64,000 nucleotides of DNA from Euglena gracilis (lineage: Eukaryota), in contig CP154954.1 in assembly GCA_039621445.1 (NCBI GenBank), positions 37,619,703 to 37,683,702 of the forward strand, written 5' to 3'. Of the stretch, positions 1 to 13,702 are shown one piece after another. The notes under the pieces are model-generated. The model was not told the origin of the DNA. It did not search any database and saw only the letters and a list, made by a program, of their open reading frames with translations. Position 1 is the stretch's first letter; the number at the start of each line of letters is the position of its first letter. The translations under genes were made by a program, and so were the position numbers.

Positions 1-3000
1 GCCGTTTTCGGCCGAAATCGGCTGCGCCGGCGCTCCAAAAACGAGCGCTCTGCCCCGGCTAGAGGTCGGCGATCCTTTACCTAACTGTTGCGAAGGGCGG
101 CGGGCGGATAGCCGCAATTTTGCCCGCGGCGGGCGTGCGTAAAACGCAGCCGTTACCGCCCGGGAGGCGCAAAATAGCACGTAAGTAACGGACGCCCCCA
201 GAAACGTCATTTTTCGGCCGTTTTCGGCCGAAATCGGCTGCGCCGGCGCTCCAAAAACGAGCGCTCTGCCCCGGCTAGAGGTCGGCGATCCTTTACCTAA
301 CTGTTGCGAAGGGCGGCGGGCGGATAGCCGCAATTTTGCCCGCGGCGGGCGTGCGTAAAACGCAGCCGTTACCGCCCGGGAGGCGCAAAATAGCACGTAA
401 GTAACGGACGCCCCCAGAAACGTCATTTTTCGGCCGTTTTCGGCCGAAATCGGCTGCGCCGGCGCTCCAAAAACGAGCGCTCTGCCCCGGCTAGAGGTCG
501 GCGATCCTTTACCTAACTGTTGCGAAGGGCGGCGGGCGGATAGCCGCAATTTTGCCCGCGGGGGGCGTGCGTAAAACGCAGCCGTTACCGCCCGGGAGGC
601 GCAAAATAGCACGTAAGTAACGGACGCCCCCAGAAACGTCATTTTTCGGCCGTTTTCGGCCGAAATCGGCTGCGCCGGCGCTCCAAAAACGAGCGCTCTG
701 CCCCGGCTAGAGGTCGGCGATCCTTTACCTAACTGTTGCGAAGGGCGGCGGGCGGATAGCCGCAATTTTGCCCGCGGCGGGCGTGCGTAAAACGCAGCCG
801 TTACCGCCCGGGAGGCGCAAAATAGCACGTAAGTAACGGACGCCCCCAGAAACGTCATTTTTCGGCCGTTTTCGGCCGAAATCGGCTGCGCCGGCGCTCC
901 AAAAACGAGCGCTCTGCCCCGGCTAGAGGTCGGCGATCCTTTACCTAACTGTTGCGAAGGGCGGCGGGCGGATAGCCGCAATTTTGCCCGCGGCGGGCGT
1001 GCGTAAAACGCAGCCGTTACCGCCCGGGAGGCGCAAAATAGCACGTAAGTAACGGACGCCCCCAGAAACGTCATTTTTCGGCCGTTTTCGGCCGAAATCG
1101 GCTGCGCCGGCGCTCCAAAAACGAGCGCTCTGCCCCGGCTAGAGGTCGGCGATCCTTTACCTAACTGTTGCGAAGGGCGGCGGGCGGATAGCCGCAATTT
1201 TGCCCGCGGCGGGCGTGCGTAAAACGCAGCCGTTACCGCCCGGGAGGCGCAAAATAGCACGTAAGTAACGGACGCCCCCAGAGACGTCATTTTTCGGCCG
1301 TTTTCGGCCGAAATCGGCTGCGCCGGCGCTCCAAAAACGAGCGCTCTGCCCCGGCTAGAGGTCGGCGATCCTTTACCTAAGTTGCGAAGGGCGGCAGGCG
1401 GATAGCCGCAATTTTGCCCGCGGCGGGCGTGCGTAAAACGCAGCCGTCACCGCCCGGGAGGCGCAAAATAGCACGTAAGTAACGGACGCCCCCAGAAACG
1501 TCATTTTTCGGCCGTTTTCGGCCGAAATCGGCTGCGCCGGCGCTCCAAAAACGAGCGCTCTGCCCCGGCTAGAGGTCGGCGATCCTTTACCTAACTGTTG
1601 CGAAGGGCGGCGGGCGGATAGCCGCAATTTTGCCCGCGGCGGGCGTGCGTAAAACGCAGCCGTTACCGCCCGGGAGGCGCAAAATAGCACGTAAGTAACG
1701 GACGCCCCAGAAACGTCATTTTTCGGCCGTTTTCGGCCGAAATCGGCTGCGCCGGCGCTCCAAAAACGAGCGCTCTGCCCCGGCTAGAGGTCGGCGATCC
1801 TTTACCTAACTGTTGCGAAGGGCGGCGGGCGGATAGCCGCAATTTTGCCCGCGGCGGGCGTGCGTAAAACGCAGCCGTTACCGCCCGGGAGGCGCAAAAT
1901 AGCACGTAAGTAACGGACGCCCCCCACAACGTCATTTTTTTGGCCGTTTTCGGCCGAAATCGGCTGCGCCGGCGCTCCAAAAACGAGCGCTCTGCCCCGG
2001 CTAGAGGTCGGCGATCCTTTACCTAACTGTTGCGAAGGGCGGCGGGCGGATAGCCGCAATTTTGCCCGCGGGGGGCGTGCGTAAAAACGCAGCTGTTACC
2101 GCCCGGGAGGCGCAAAATAGCACGTAAGTAACGGACGCCCCCAGAAACGTCATTTTTCGGCCGTTTTCGGCCGAAATCGGCTGCGCCGGCGCTCCAAAAA
2201 CGAGCGCTCTGCCCCGGCTAGAGGTCGGCGATCCTTTACCTAACTGTTGCGAAGGGCGGCGGGCGGATAGCCGCAATTTTGCCCGCGGCGGGCGTGCGTA
2301 AAACGCAGCCGTTACCGCCCGGGAGGCGCAAAATAGCACGTAAGTAACGGACGCCCCCAGAAACGTCATTTTTCGGCCGTTTTCGGCCGAAATCGGCTGC
2401 GCCGGCGCTCCAAAAACGAGCGCTCTGCCCCGGCTAGAGGTCGGCGATCCTTTACCTAACTGTTGCGAAGGGCGGCGGGCGGATAGCCGCAATTTTGCCC
2501 GCGGCGGGCGTGCGTAAAACGCAGCCGTTACCGCCCGGGAGGCGCAAAATAGCACGTAAGTAACGGACGCCCCCAGAAACGTCATTTTTCGGCCGTTTTC
2601 GGCCGAAATCGGCTGCGCCGGCGCTCCAAAAACGAGCGCTCTGCCCCGGCTAGAGGTCGGCGATCCTTTACCTAACTGTTGCGAAGGGCGGCGGGCGGAT
2701 AGCCGCAATTTTGCCCGCGGCGGGCGTGCGTAAAACGCAGCCGTTACCGCCCGGGAGGCGCAAAATAGCACGTAAGTAACGGACGCCCCCAGAAACGTCA
2801 TTTTTCGGCCGTTTTCGGCCGAAATCGGCTGCGCCGGCGCTCCAAAAACGAGCGCTCTGCCCCGGCTAGAGGTCGGCGATCCTTTACCTAACTGTTGCGA
2901 AGGGCGGCGGGCGGATAGCCGCAATTTTGCCCGCGGCGGGCGTGCGTAAAACGCAGCCGTTACCGCCCGGGAGGCGCAAAATAGCACGTAAGTAACGGAC

Positions 3001-3389
3001 GCCCCCAGAAACGTCATTTTTCGGCCGTTTTCGGCCGAAATCGGCTGCGCCGGCGCTCCAAAAACGAGCGCTCTGCCCCGGCTAGAGGTCGGCGATCCTT
3101 TACCTAACTGTTGCGAAGGGCGGCGGGCGGATAGCCGCAATTTTGCCCGCGGCGGGCGTGCGTAAAACGCAGCCGTTACCGCCCGGGAGGCGCAAAATAG
3201 CACGTAAGTAACGGACGCCCCCAGAAACGTCATTTTTCGGCCGTTTTCGGCCGAAATCGGCTGCGCCGGCGCTCCAAAAACGAGCGCTCTGCCCCGGCTA
3301 GAGGTCGGCGATCCTTTACCTAACTGTTGCGAAGGGCGGCGGGCGGATAGCCGCAATTTTGCCGGAGAGAAAAAAGACAAAAAAAAAAG

Positions 3390-3433
<44 letters not shown>

Positions 3434-6400
3434 AAAATAAAAAAAAGAAAAAAAAAAAAGCAGCCGTTACCGCCCGGGAGGCGCAAAATAGCACGTAAGT
3501 AACGGACGCCCCCAGAAACGTCATTTTTCGGCCGTTTTCGGCCGAAATCGGCTGCGCCGGCGCTCCAAAAACGAGCGCTCTGCCCCGGCTAGAGGTCGGC
3601 GATCCTTTACCTAACTGTTGCGAAGGGCGGCGGGCGGATAGCCGCAATTTTGCCCGCGGCGGGCGTGCGTAAAACGCAGCCGTTACCGCCCGGGAGGCGC
3701 AAAATAGCACGTAAGTAACGGACGCCCCCAGAAACGTCATTTTTCGGCCGTTTTCGGCCGAAATCGGCTGCGCCGGCGCTCCAAAAACGAGCGCTCTGCC
3801 CCGGCTAGAGGTCGGCGATCCTTTACCTAACTGTTGCGAAGGGCGGCGGGCGGATAGCCGCAATTTTGCCCGCGGCGGGCGTGCGTAAAACGCAGCCGTT
3901 ACCGCCCGGGAGGCGCAAAATAGCACGTAAGTAACGGACGCCCCAAGAACGTCATTTTTCGGCCGTTTTCGGCCGAAATCGGCTGCGCCGGCGCTCCAAA
4001 AACGAGCGCTCTGCCCCGGCTAGAGGTCGGCGATCCTTTACCTAACTGTTGCGAAGGGCGGCGGGCGGATAGCCGCAATTTTGCCCGCGGCGGGCGTGCG
4101 TAAAACGCAGCCGTTACCGCCCGGGAGGCGCAAAATAGCACGTAAGTAACGGACGCCCCCAGAAACGTCATTTTTCGGCCGTTTTCGGCCGAAATCGGCT
4201 GCGCCGGCGCTCCAAAAACGAGCGCTCTGCCCCGGCTAGAGGTCGGCGATCCTTTACCTAACTGTTGCGAAGGGCGGCGGGCGGATAGCCGCAATTTTGC
4301 CCGCGGCGTGCGTGCGTAAAACGCAGCCGTTACCGCCCGGGAGGCGCAAAATAGCACGTAAGTAACGGACGCCCCCAGAAACGTCATTTTTCGGCCGTTT
4401 TCGGCCGAAATCGGCTGCGCCGGCGCTCCAAAAACGAGCGCTCTGCCCCGGCTAGAGGTCGGCGATCCTTTACCTAACTGTTGCGAAGGGCGGCGGGCGG
4501 ATAGCCGCAATTTTGCCCGCGGCGGGCGTGCGTAAAACGCAGCCGTTACCGCCCGGGAGGCGCAAAATAGCACGTAAGTAACGGACGCCCCCAGAAACGT
4601 CATTTTTCGGCCGTTTTCGGCCGAAATCGGCTGGCGCTCCAAAAACGAGCGCTCTGCCCCGGCTAGAGGTCGGCGATCCTTTACCTAACTGTTGCGAAGG
4701 GCGGCGGGCGGATAGCCGCAATTTTGCCCGCGGCGGGCGTGCGTAAAACGCAGCCGTTACCGCCCGGGAGGCGCAAAATAGCACGTAAGTAACGGACGCC
4801 CCCAGAAACGTCATTTTTCGGCAGTTTTCGGCCGAAATCGGCTGCGCCGGCGCTCCAAAAACGAGCGCTCTGCCCCGGCTAGAGGTCGGCGATCCTTTAC
4901 CTAACTGTTGCGAAGGGCGGCGGGCGGATAGCCGCAATTTTGCCCGCGGGGGCGTGCGTAAAACGCAGCCGTTACCGCCCGGGAGGCGCAAAATAGCACG
5001 TAAGTAACGGACGCCCCCAGAAACGTCATTTTTCGGCCGTTTTCGGCCGAAATCGGCTGCGCCGGCGCTCCAAAAACGAGCGCTCTGCCCCGGCTAGAGG
5101 TCGGCGATCCTTTACCTAACTGTTGCGAAGGGCGGCGGGCGGATAGCCGCAATTTTGCCCGCGGCGGGGCGTGCGTAAAACGCAGCCGTTACCGCCCGGG
5201 AGGCGCAAAATAGCACGTAAGTAACGGACGCCCCCAGAAACGTCATTTTTCGGCCGTTTTCGGCCGAAATCGGCTGCGCCGGCGCTCCAAAAACGAGCGC
5301 TCTGCCCCGGCTAGAGGTCGGCGATCCTTTACCTAACTGTTGCGAAGGGCGGCGGGCGGATAGCCGCAATTTTGCCCGCGGGGGCGTGCGTAAAACGCAG
5401 CCGTTACCGCCCGGGAGGCGCAAAATAGCACGTAAGTAACGGACGCCCCCAGAAACGTCATTTTTCGGCCGTTTTCGGCCGAAATCGGCTGCGCCGGCGC
5501 TCCAAAAACGAGCGCTCTGCCCCGGCTAGAGGTCGGCGATCCTTTACCTAACTGTTGCGAAGGGCGGCGGGCGGATAGCCGCAATTTTGCCCGCGGGGGG
5601 GCGTGCGTAAAACGCAGCCGTTACCGCCCGGGAGGCGCAAAATAGCACGTAAGTAACGGACGCCCCCAGAAACGTCATTTTTCGGCCGTTTTCGGCCGAA
5701 ATCGGCTGCGCCGGCGCTCCAAAAACGAGCGCTCTGCCCCGGCTAGAGGTCGGCGATCCTTTACCTAACTGTTGCGAAGGGCGGCGGGCGGATAGCCGCA
5801 ATTTTGCCCGCGGCGGGCGTGCGTAAAACGCAGCCGTTACCGCCCGGGAGGCGCAAAATAGCACGTAAGTAACGGACGCCCCCAGAAACGTCATTTTCGG
5901 CCGTTTTCGGCCGAAATCGGCTGCGCCGGCGCTCCAAAAACGAGCGCTCTGCCCCGGCTAGAGGTCGGCGATCCTTTACCTAAACTGTTGAGAAGGGCGG
6001 CAAGCGGATAGCTGCAATTTTGCCCGCGGCGGGCGTGCGTAAAACGCAGCCGTTACCGCCCGGGAGGCGCAAAATAGCACGTAAGTAACGGACGCCCCCA
6101 GAAACGTCATTTTTCGGCCGTTTTCGGCCGAAATCGGCTGCGCCGGCGCTCCAAAAACGAGCGCTCTGCCCCGGCTAGAGGTCGGCGATCCTTTACCTAA
6201 CTGTTGCGAAGGGCGGCGGGCGGATAGCCGCAATTTTGCCCGCGGCGGGCGTGCGTAAAACGCAGCCGTTACCGCCCGGGAGGCGCAAAATAGCACGTAA
6301 GTAACGGACGCCCCCAGAAACGTCATTTTTCGGCCGTTTTCGGCCGAAATCGGCTGCGCCGGCGCTCCAAAAACGAGCGCTCTGCCCCGGCTAGAGGTCG

Positions 6401-9400
6401 GCGATCCTTTACCTAACTGTTGCGAAGGGCGGCGGGCGGATAGCCGCAATTTTGCCCGCGGCGGGCGTGCGTAAAACGCAGCGGTACCGCCCGGGAGGCG
6501 CAAAATAGCACGTAAGTAACGGACGCCCCCAGAAACGTCATTTTTCGGCCGTTTTCGGCCGAAATCGGCTGCGCCGGCGCTCCAAAAACGAGCGCTCTGC
6601 CCCGGCTAGAGGTCGGCGATCCTTTACCTAACTGTTGCGAAGGGCGGCGGGCGGATAGCCGCAATTTTGCCCGCGGCGGGCGTGCGTAAAACGCAGCCGT
6701 TACCGCCCGGGAGGCGCAAAATAGCACGTAAGTAACGGACGCCCCCAGAAACGTCATTTTTCGGCCGTTTTCGGCCGAAATCGGCTGCGCCGGCGCTCCA
6801 AAAACGAGCGCTCTGCCCCGGCTAGAGGTCGGCGATCCTTTACCTAACTGTTGCGAAGGGCGGCGGGCGGATAGCCGCAATTTTGCCCGCGGCGGGCGTG
6901 CGTAAAACGCAGCCGTTACCGCCCGGGAGGCGCAAAATAGCACGTAAGTAACGGACGCCCCCAGAAACGTCATTTTTCGGCCGTTTTCGGCCGAAATCGG
7001 CTGCGCCGGCGCTCCAAAAACGAGCGCTCTGCCCCGGCTAGAGGTCGGCGATCCTTTACCTAACTGTTGCGAAGGGCGGCGGGCGGATAGCCGCAATTTT
7101 GCCCGCGGCGGGCGTGCGTAAAACGCAGCCGTTACCGCCCGGGAGGCGCAAAATGGCACGTAACGGACGCCCCCAGAAACGTCATTTTTCGGCAGTTTTC
7201 GGCCGAAATCGGCTGCGCCGGCGCTCCAAAAACGAGCGCTCTGCCCCGGCTAGAGGTCGGCGATCCTTTACCTAACTGTTGCGAAGGGCGGCGGGCGGAT
7301 AGCCGCAATTTTGCCCGCGGCGGGCGTGCGTAAAACGCAGCCGTTACCGCCCGGGAGGCGCAAAATAGCACGTAAGTAACGGACGCCCCCAGAAACGTCA
7401 TTTTTCGGCCGTTTTCGGCCGAAATCGGCTGCGCCGGCGCTCCAAAAACGAGCGCTCTGCCCCGGCTAGAGGTCGGCGATCCTTTACCTAACTGTTGCGA
7501 AGGGCGGCGGATAGCCGCAATTTTGCCCGCGGCGGGCGTGCGTAAAACGCAGCCGTTACCGCCCGGGAGGCGCAAAATAGCACGTAAGTAACGGACGCCC
7601 CCAGAAACGTCATTTTTCGGCCGTTTTCGGCCGAAATCGGCTGCGCCGGCGCTCCAAAAACGAGCGCTCTGCCCCGGCTAGAGGTCGGCGATCCTTTACC
7701 CAACTATTGCGAAGGGCGGCGGGCGGATAGCCGCAATTTTGCCCGCGGCGGGCGTGAGTAAAACGCAGCCGTTACCGCCTGGGAGGCGCAAAATAGCACG
7801 TAAGTAACGGACGCCCCCAGAAACGTCATTTTTCGGCCGTTTTCGGCCGAAATCGGCTGCGCCGGCGCTCCAAAAACGAGCGCTCTGCCCCGGCTAGAGG
7901 TCGGCGATCCTTTACCTAACTGTTGCGAAGGGCGGCGGGCGGATAGCCGCAATTTTGCCCGCGGGGGGGCGTGCGTAAAACGCAGCCGTTACCGCCCGGG
8001 AGGCGCAAAATAGCACGTAAGTAACGGACGCCCCCAGAAACGTCATTTTTCGGCCGTTTTCGGCCGAAATCGGCTGCGCCGGCGCTCCAAAAACGAGCGC
8101 TCTGCCCCGGCTAGAGGTCGGCGATCCTTTACCTAACTGTTGCGAAGGGCGGCGGGCGGATAGCCGCAATTTTGCCCGCGGGGGCGTGCGTAAAACGCAG
8201 CCGTTACCGCCCGGGAGGCGCAAAATAGCACGTAAGTAACGGACGCCCCCAGAAACGTCATTTTTCGGCCGTTTTCGGCCGAAATCGGCTGCGCCGGCGC
8301 TCCAAAACGAGCGCTCTGCCCCGGCTAGAGGTCGGCGATCCTTTACCTAACTGTTGCGAAGGGCGGCGGGCGGATAGCCGCAATTTTGCCCGCGGCGGGC
8401 GTGCGTAAAACGCAGCCGTTACCGCCCGGGAGGCGCAAAATAGCACGTAAGTAACGGACGCCCCCACAAACGTCATTTTTCGGCCGTTTTCGGCCGAAAT
8501 CGGCTGCGCCGGCGCTCCAAAAACGAGCGCTCTGCCCCGGCTAGAGGTCGGCGATCCTTTACCTAACTGTTGCGAAGGGCGGCGGGCGGATAGCCGCAAT
8601 TTTGCCCGCGGCGGGCGTGCGTAAAACGCAGCCGTTACCGCCCGGGAGGCGCAAAATAGCACGTAAGTAACGGACGCCCCCAGAAACGTCATTTTTCGGC
8701 CGTTTTCGGCCGAAATCGGCTGCGCCGGCGCTCCAAAAACGAGCGCTCTGCCCCGGCTAGAGGTCGGCGATCCTTTACCTAACTGTTGCGAAGGGCGGCG
8801 GGCGGATAGCCGCAATTTTGCCCGCGGCGGGCGTGCGTAAAACGCAGCCGTTACCGCCCGGGAGGCGCAAAATAGCACGTAAGTAACGGACGCCCCCAGA
8901 AACGTCATTTTTCGGCCGTTTTCGGCCGAAATCGGCTGCGCCGGCGCTCCAAAAACGAGCGCTCTGCCCCGGCTAGAGGTCGGCGATCCTTTACCTAACT
9001 GTTGCGAAGGGCGGCGGGCGGATAGCCGCAATTTTGCCCGCGGCGGGCGTGCGTAAAACGCAGCCGTTACCGCCCGGGAGGCGCAAAATAGCACGTAAGT
9101 AACGGACGCCCAGAAACGTCATTTTTCGGCCGTTTTCGGCAGAAATCGGCTGCGCCGGCGCTCCAAAAACGAGCGCTCTGCCCCGGCTAGAGGTCGGCGA
9201 TCCTTTACCTAACTGTTGCGAAGGGCGGCGGGCGGATAGCCGCAATTTTGCCCGCGGGGGGCGTGCGTAAAGCGCAGCCGTTACCGCCCGGGAGGCGCAA
9301 AATAGCACGTAAGTAACGGACGCCCCCAGAAACGTCATTTTTCGGCCGTTTTCGGCCGAAATCGGCTGCGCCGGCGCTCCAAAAACGAGCGCTCTGCCCC

Positions 9401-12400
9401 GGCTAGAGGTCGGCGATCCTTTACCTAACTGTTGCGAAGGGCGGCGGGCGGATAGCCGCAATTTTGCCCGCGGGGGCGTGCGTAAAACGCAGCCGTTACC
9501 GCCCGGGAGGCGCAAAATAGCACGTAAGTAACGGACCCCCCAGAAACGTCATTTTTCGGCCGTTTTCGGCCGAAATCGGCTGCGCCGGCGCTCCAAAAAC
9601 GAGCGCTCTGCCCCGGCTAGAGGTCGGCGATCCTTTACCTAACTGTTGCGAAGGGCGGCGGGCGGATAGCCGCAATTTTGCCCGCGGCGGGCGTGCGTAA
9701 AACGCAGCCGTTACCGCCCGGGAGGCGCAAAATAGCACGTAAGTAACGGACGCCCCCAGAAACGTCATTTTTCGGCCGTTTTCGGCCGAAAAAAAAAAAA
9801 AAAAAAAAAAAAAACAAACTAGAGGTCGGCGATCCTTTACCTAACTGTTGCGAAGGGCGGCGGGCGGATAGCCGCAATTTTGCCCGCGGCGGGCGTGCGT
9901 AAAACGCAGCCGTTACCGCCCGGGAGGCGCAAAATAGCACGTAAGTAACGGACGCCCCCACAAACGTCATTTTTCGGCCGTTTTCGGCCGAAATCGGCTG
10001 CGCCGGCGCTCCAAAAACGAGCGCTCTGCCCCGGCTAGAGGTCGGCGATCCTTTACCTAACTGTTGCGAAGGGCGGCGGGCGGATAGCCGCAATTTTGCC
10101 CGCGGCGGGCGTGCGTAAAACGCAGCCGTTACCGCCCGGGAGGCGCAAAATAGCACGTAAGTAACGGACGCCCCCAGAAACGTCATTTTTCGGCCGTTTT
10201 CGGCCGAAATCGGCTGCGCCGGCGCTCCAAAAACGAGCGCTCTGCCCCGGCTAGAGGTCGGCGATCCTTTACCTAACTGTTGCGAAGGGCGGCGAGCGGA
10301 TAGCCGCAATTTTGCTCGCGGCGGGCGTGCGTAAAACGCAGCCGTTACCGCCCGGGAGGCGCAAAATAGCACGTAAGTAACGGACGCCCCCAGAAACGTC
10401 ATTTTTCAGCAGTTTTCGGCCAAAATCGGCTGCGCCGGCGCTCCAAAAACGAGCGCTCTGCCCCGGCTAGAGGTCGGCGATCCTTTACCTAACTGTTGCG
10501 AAGGGCGGCGGGCGGATAGCCGCAATTTTGCCCGCGGCGGGCGTGCGTAAAACGCAGCCGTTACCGCCCGGGAGGCGCAAAATAGCACGTAAGTAACGGA
10601 CGCCAAAAAAAACGTCATTTTCGGCCGTTTTCGGCCGAAATCGGCTGCGCCGGCGCTCCAAAAACGAGCGCTCTGCCCCGGCTAGAGGTCGGCGATCCTT
10701 TACCTAACTGTTGCGAAGGGCGGCGGGCGGATAGCCGCAATTTTGCCCGCGGCGGGCGTGCGTAAAACGCAGCCGTTACCGCCCGGGAGGCGCAAAATAG
10801 CACGTAAGTAACGGACGCCCCCAGAAACGTCATTTTTCGGCAGTTTTCGGCCGAAATCGGCTGCGCCGGCGCTCCAAAAACGAGCGCTCTGCCCCGGCTA
10901 GAGGTCGGCGATCCTTTACCTAACTGTTGCGAAGGGCGGCGGGCGGATAGCCGCAATTTTGCCCGCGGCGGGCGTGCGTAAAACGCAGCCGTTACCGCCC
11001 GGGAGGCGCAAAATAGCACGTAAGTAACGGGACGCCCCCAGAAACGTCATTTTTCGGCCGTTTTCGGCCGAAATCGGCTGCGCCGGCGCTCCAAAAACGA
11101 GCGCTCTGCCCCGGCTAGAGGTCGGCGATCCTTTACCTAACTGTTGCGAAGGGCGGCGGGCGGATAGCCGCAATTTTGCCCGCGGCGGGCGTGCGTAAAA
11201 CGCAGCCGTTACCGCCCGGGAGGCGCAAAATAGCACGTAAGTAACGGACGCCCCCAGAAACGTCATTTTTCGGCAGTTTTCGGCCGAAATCGGCTGCGCC
11301 GGCGCTCCAAAAACGAGCGCTCTGCCCCGGCTAGAGGTCGGCGATCCTTTACCTAACTGTTGCGAAGGGCGGCGGGCGGATAGGCGCAATTTTGCCCGCG
11401 GCGGGCGTGCGTAAAACGCAGCCGTTACCGCCCGGGAGGCGCAAAATAGCACGTAAGTAACGGAAGGCCCCCACGGACGCCCCAAGAATACTTCCGTTTC
11501 GGCCGTTTTCGGCCGAAATCGGCTGCGCCGGCGCTCCAAAAACGAGCGCTCTGCCCCGGCTAGAGGTCGGCGATCCTTTACCTAACTGTTGCGAAGGGCG
11601 GCGGGCGGATAGCCGCAATTTTGCCCGCGGCGGGCGTGCGTAAAACGCAGCCGTTACCGCCCGGGAGGCGCAAAATAGCACGTAAGTAACGGACGCCCCC
11701 AGAAACGTCATTTTTCGGCAGTTTTCGGCCGAAATCGGCTGCGCCGGCGCTCCAAAAACGAGCGCTCTGCCCCGGCTAGAGGTCGGCGATCCTTTACCTA
11801 ACTGTTGCGAAGGGCGGCGGGCGGATAGGCGCAATTTTGCCCGCGGCGGGCGTGCGTAAAACGCAGCCGTTACCGCCCGGGAGGCGCAAAATAGCACGTA
11901 AGTAACGGACGCCCCCAGAAACGTCATTTTTCGGCCGTTTTCGGCCGAAATCGGCTGCGCCGGCGCTCCAAAAACGAGCGCTCTGCCCCGGCTAGAGGTC
12001 GGCGATCCTTTACCTAACTGTTGCGAAGGGCGGCGGGCGGATAGCCGCAATTTTGCCCGCGGCGGGCGTGCGTAAAACGCAGCCGTTACCGCCCAGGAGG
12101 CGCAAAATAGCACGTAAGTAACGGACGCCCCCAGAAACGTCATTTTTCGGCCGTTTTCGGCCGAAATCGGCTGCGCCGGCGCTCCAAAAACGAGCGCTCT
12201 GCCCCGGCTAGAGGTCGGCGATCCTTTACCTAACTGTTGCGAAGGGCGGCGGGCGGATAGCAGCAATTTTGCCCGCGGCGGGCGTGCGTAAAACGCAGCC
12301 GTTACCGCCCGGGAGGCGCAAAACGAATAACGGACAAAAAACGTCATTTTTCGGCCGTTTTCGGCCGAAATCGGCTGCGCCGGCGCTCCAAAAACGAGCG

Positions 12401-12985
12401 CTCTGCCCCGGCTAGAGGTCGGCGATCCTTTACCTAACTGTTGCGAAGGGCGGCGGGCGGATAGCCGCAATTTTGCCCGCGGCGGGCGTGCGTAAAACGC
12501 AGCTGTTACCACCGCCCGGGAGGCGCAAAATAGCACGTAAGTAACGGACGCCCCCAGAAACGTCATTTTTCGGCCGTTTTCGGCCGAAATCGGCTGCGCC
12601 GGCGCTCCAAAAGCGAGCGCTCTGCCCCGGCTAGAGGTCGGCGATCCTTTACCTAACTGTTGCGAAGGGCGGCGGGCGGATAGCCGCAATTTTGCCCGCG
12701 GCGGGCGTGCGTAAAACGCAGCCGTTACCGCCCGGGAGGCGCAAAATAGCACGTAAGTAACGGACGCCCCCACAAACGTCATTTTTCGGCCGTTTTTGGC
12801 CGAAATCGGCTGCGCCGGCGCTCCAAAAACGAGCGCTCTGCCCCGGCTAGAGGTCGGCGCTCCTTTACCTAACTGTTGCGAAGGGCGGCGGGCGGATAGC
12901 CGCAATTTTGCCCGCGGCGGGCGTGCGTAAAACGCAGCCGTTACCGCCCGGGAGGTACAAAATAGCACGTAAGTAACGGACGTCC
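1..12985. repeat. 216-bp GC-rich tandem satellite, left array (~60 monomers, near-identical)
   Basis: Sequence at 1 recurs at 217 and 1081 (5x216). Monomer GCCGTTTTCGGCCGAAATC...GAAACGTCATTTTTCG. The 72-aa periodic minus-strand ORFs are a by-product. Confidence 0.99.
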
Positions 12986-13390
12986 TGTGTACCAGGCACG
13001 TCCCAGCTCTGTAGGATATCTGCAGAGTGGGTTCTGTGACGGTCGCACCACTGTGGAAACCCACAGCTGGTAAGATCGTGGCAGACACTTCTGGGATCTG
13101 CCCCTGGACACCCCCACAGGTGGTATTCTTTACTCTCACAATCTCAAAGCTTGACCATTGGTTTTGTCAGAGGGAAAAACCCTCAGAACAATCGACTTTG
13201 ATCTCAGAAGAAACTTCTGAATCTTTGCTTTGTGCTTTGCTTCTTGGGGAATTGGGAAGAAAAGGGGAAAACCACTTTTCGTTACTCCAAAGACTTTTCC
13301 CTACCATAAGTAGGCTGCGCACCAAGGCGAAAGCGAAAGGCTTTTACAGAAAGTTCCAAAAAGGGGAAAAGGGAAAGCTTTGGACGTACA
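12986..13390 (+). repeat. 5' LTR of copy 1 (405 bp, TGTGTACC...GGACGTACA)
   Basis: The same start recurs at 29364 (after the PPT) and 53591. The same termini bound the sister-family LTR at 51128-51545. The PBS follows after CT. Confidence 0.9.
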
Positions 13391-13392
13391 CT

Positions 13393-13402
13393 TGGTAGCA
13401 GA
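13393..13402 (+). promoter_or_regulatory. Primer binding site TGGTAGCAGA (initiator tRNA-Met type); second copy at 13449-13458
   Basis: Lies 2 nt after the LTR CA. Complementary to ...UCUGCUACCA, the 3' end of many eukaryotic initiator tRNAs. Confidence 0.8.
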
Positions 13403-13702
13403 ATAGGTCAAAGATCCAACAGAAAGAAAGGCTACCAGGTAATACACTTGGTAGCAGATTTAGGCAACGAACCTACACAGACGTTCCACACAGAGAAACT
13501 CTGTGGTTGACTGGTGGTGAGGATCGTACTGAGCCGTGAAACACGGTGAAAGTACTGTTCCTGGCCCCTAGCCAACCTTTAAGCAAGGATACAGGTCTCA
13601 GAAGGCTCTGTTCGGTAATCGCCGATACAACCTTTCTGGTCCCTGTTTCTCTGCTTATTTGTGTGAATTTTTGGGTTTTTGCCTTTTTACCCATCTCAAA
13701 AG

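Noticed and set aside
5-22. CENP-B box resemblance (TTCGGCCGAAATCGGC)
   Set aside because: Spacing and 3' end do not fit TTCGnnnnAnnCGGG.
71-74. One GATC per monomer as the target of the element's MTase, with GATC>GCTC as escape variants
   Set aside because: Target specificity cannot be inferred from sequence, and one 4-mer per 216 bp is expected by chance.
3364-3459. Poly-A-like run (also 9789-9818) as a retroposed tail
   Set aside because: It replaces part of a monomer, with no TSD and no attached element body; typical of a sequencing or consensus artefact.
1-12985. CRISPR array
   Set aside because: Monomers are contiguous with no unique spacers and no cas genes; the context is eukaryotic.
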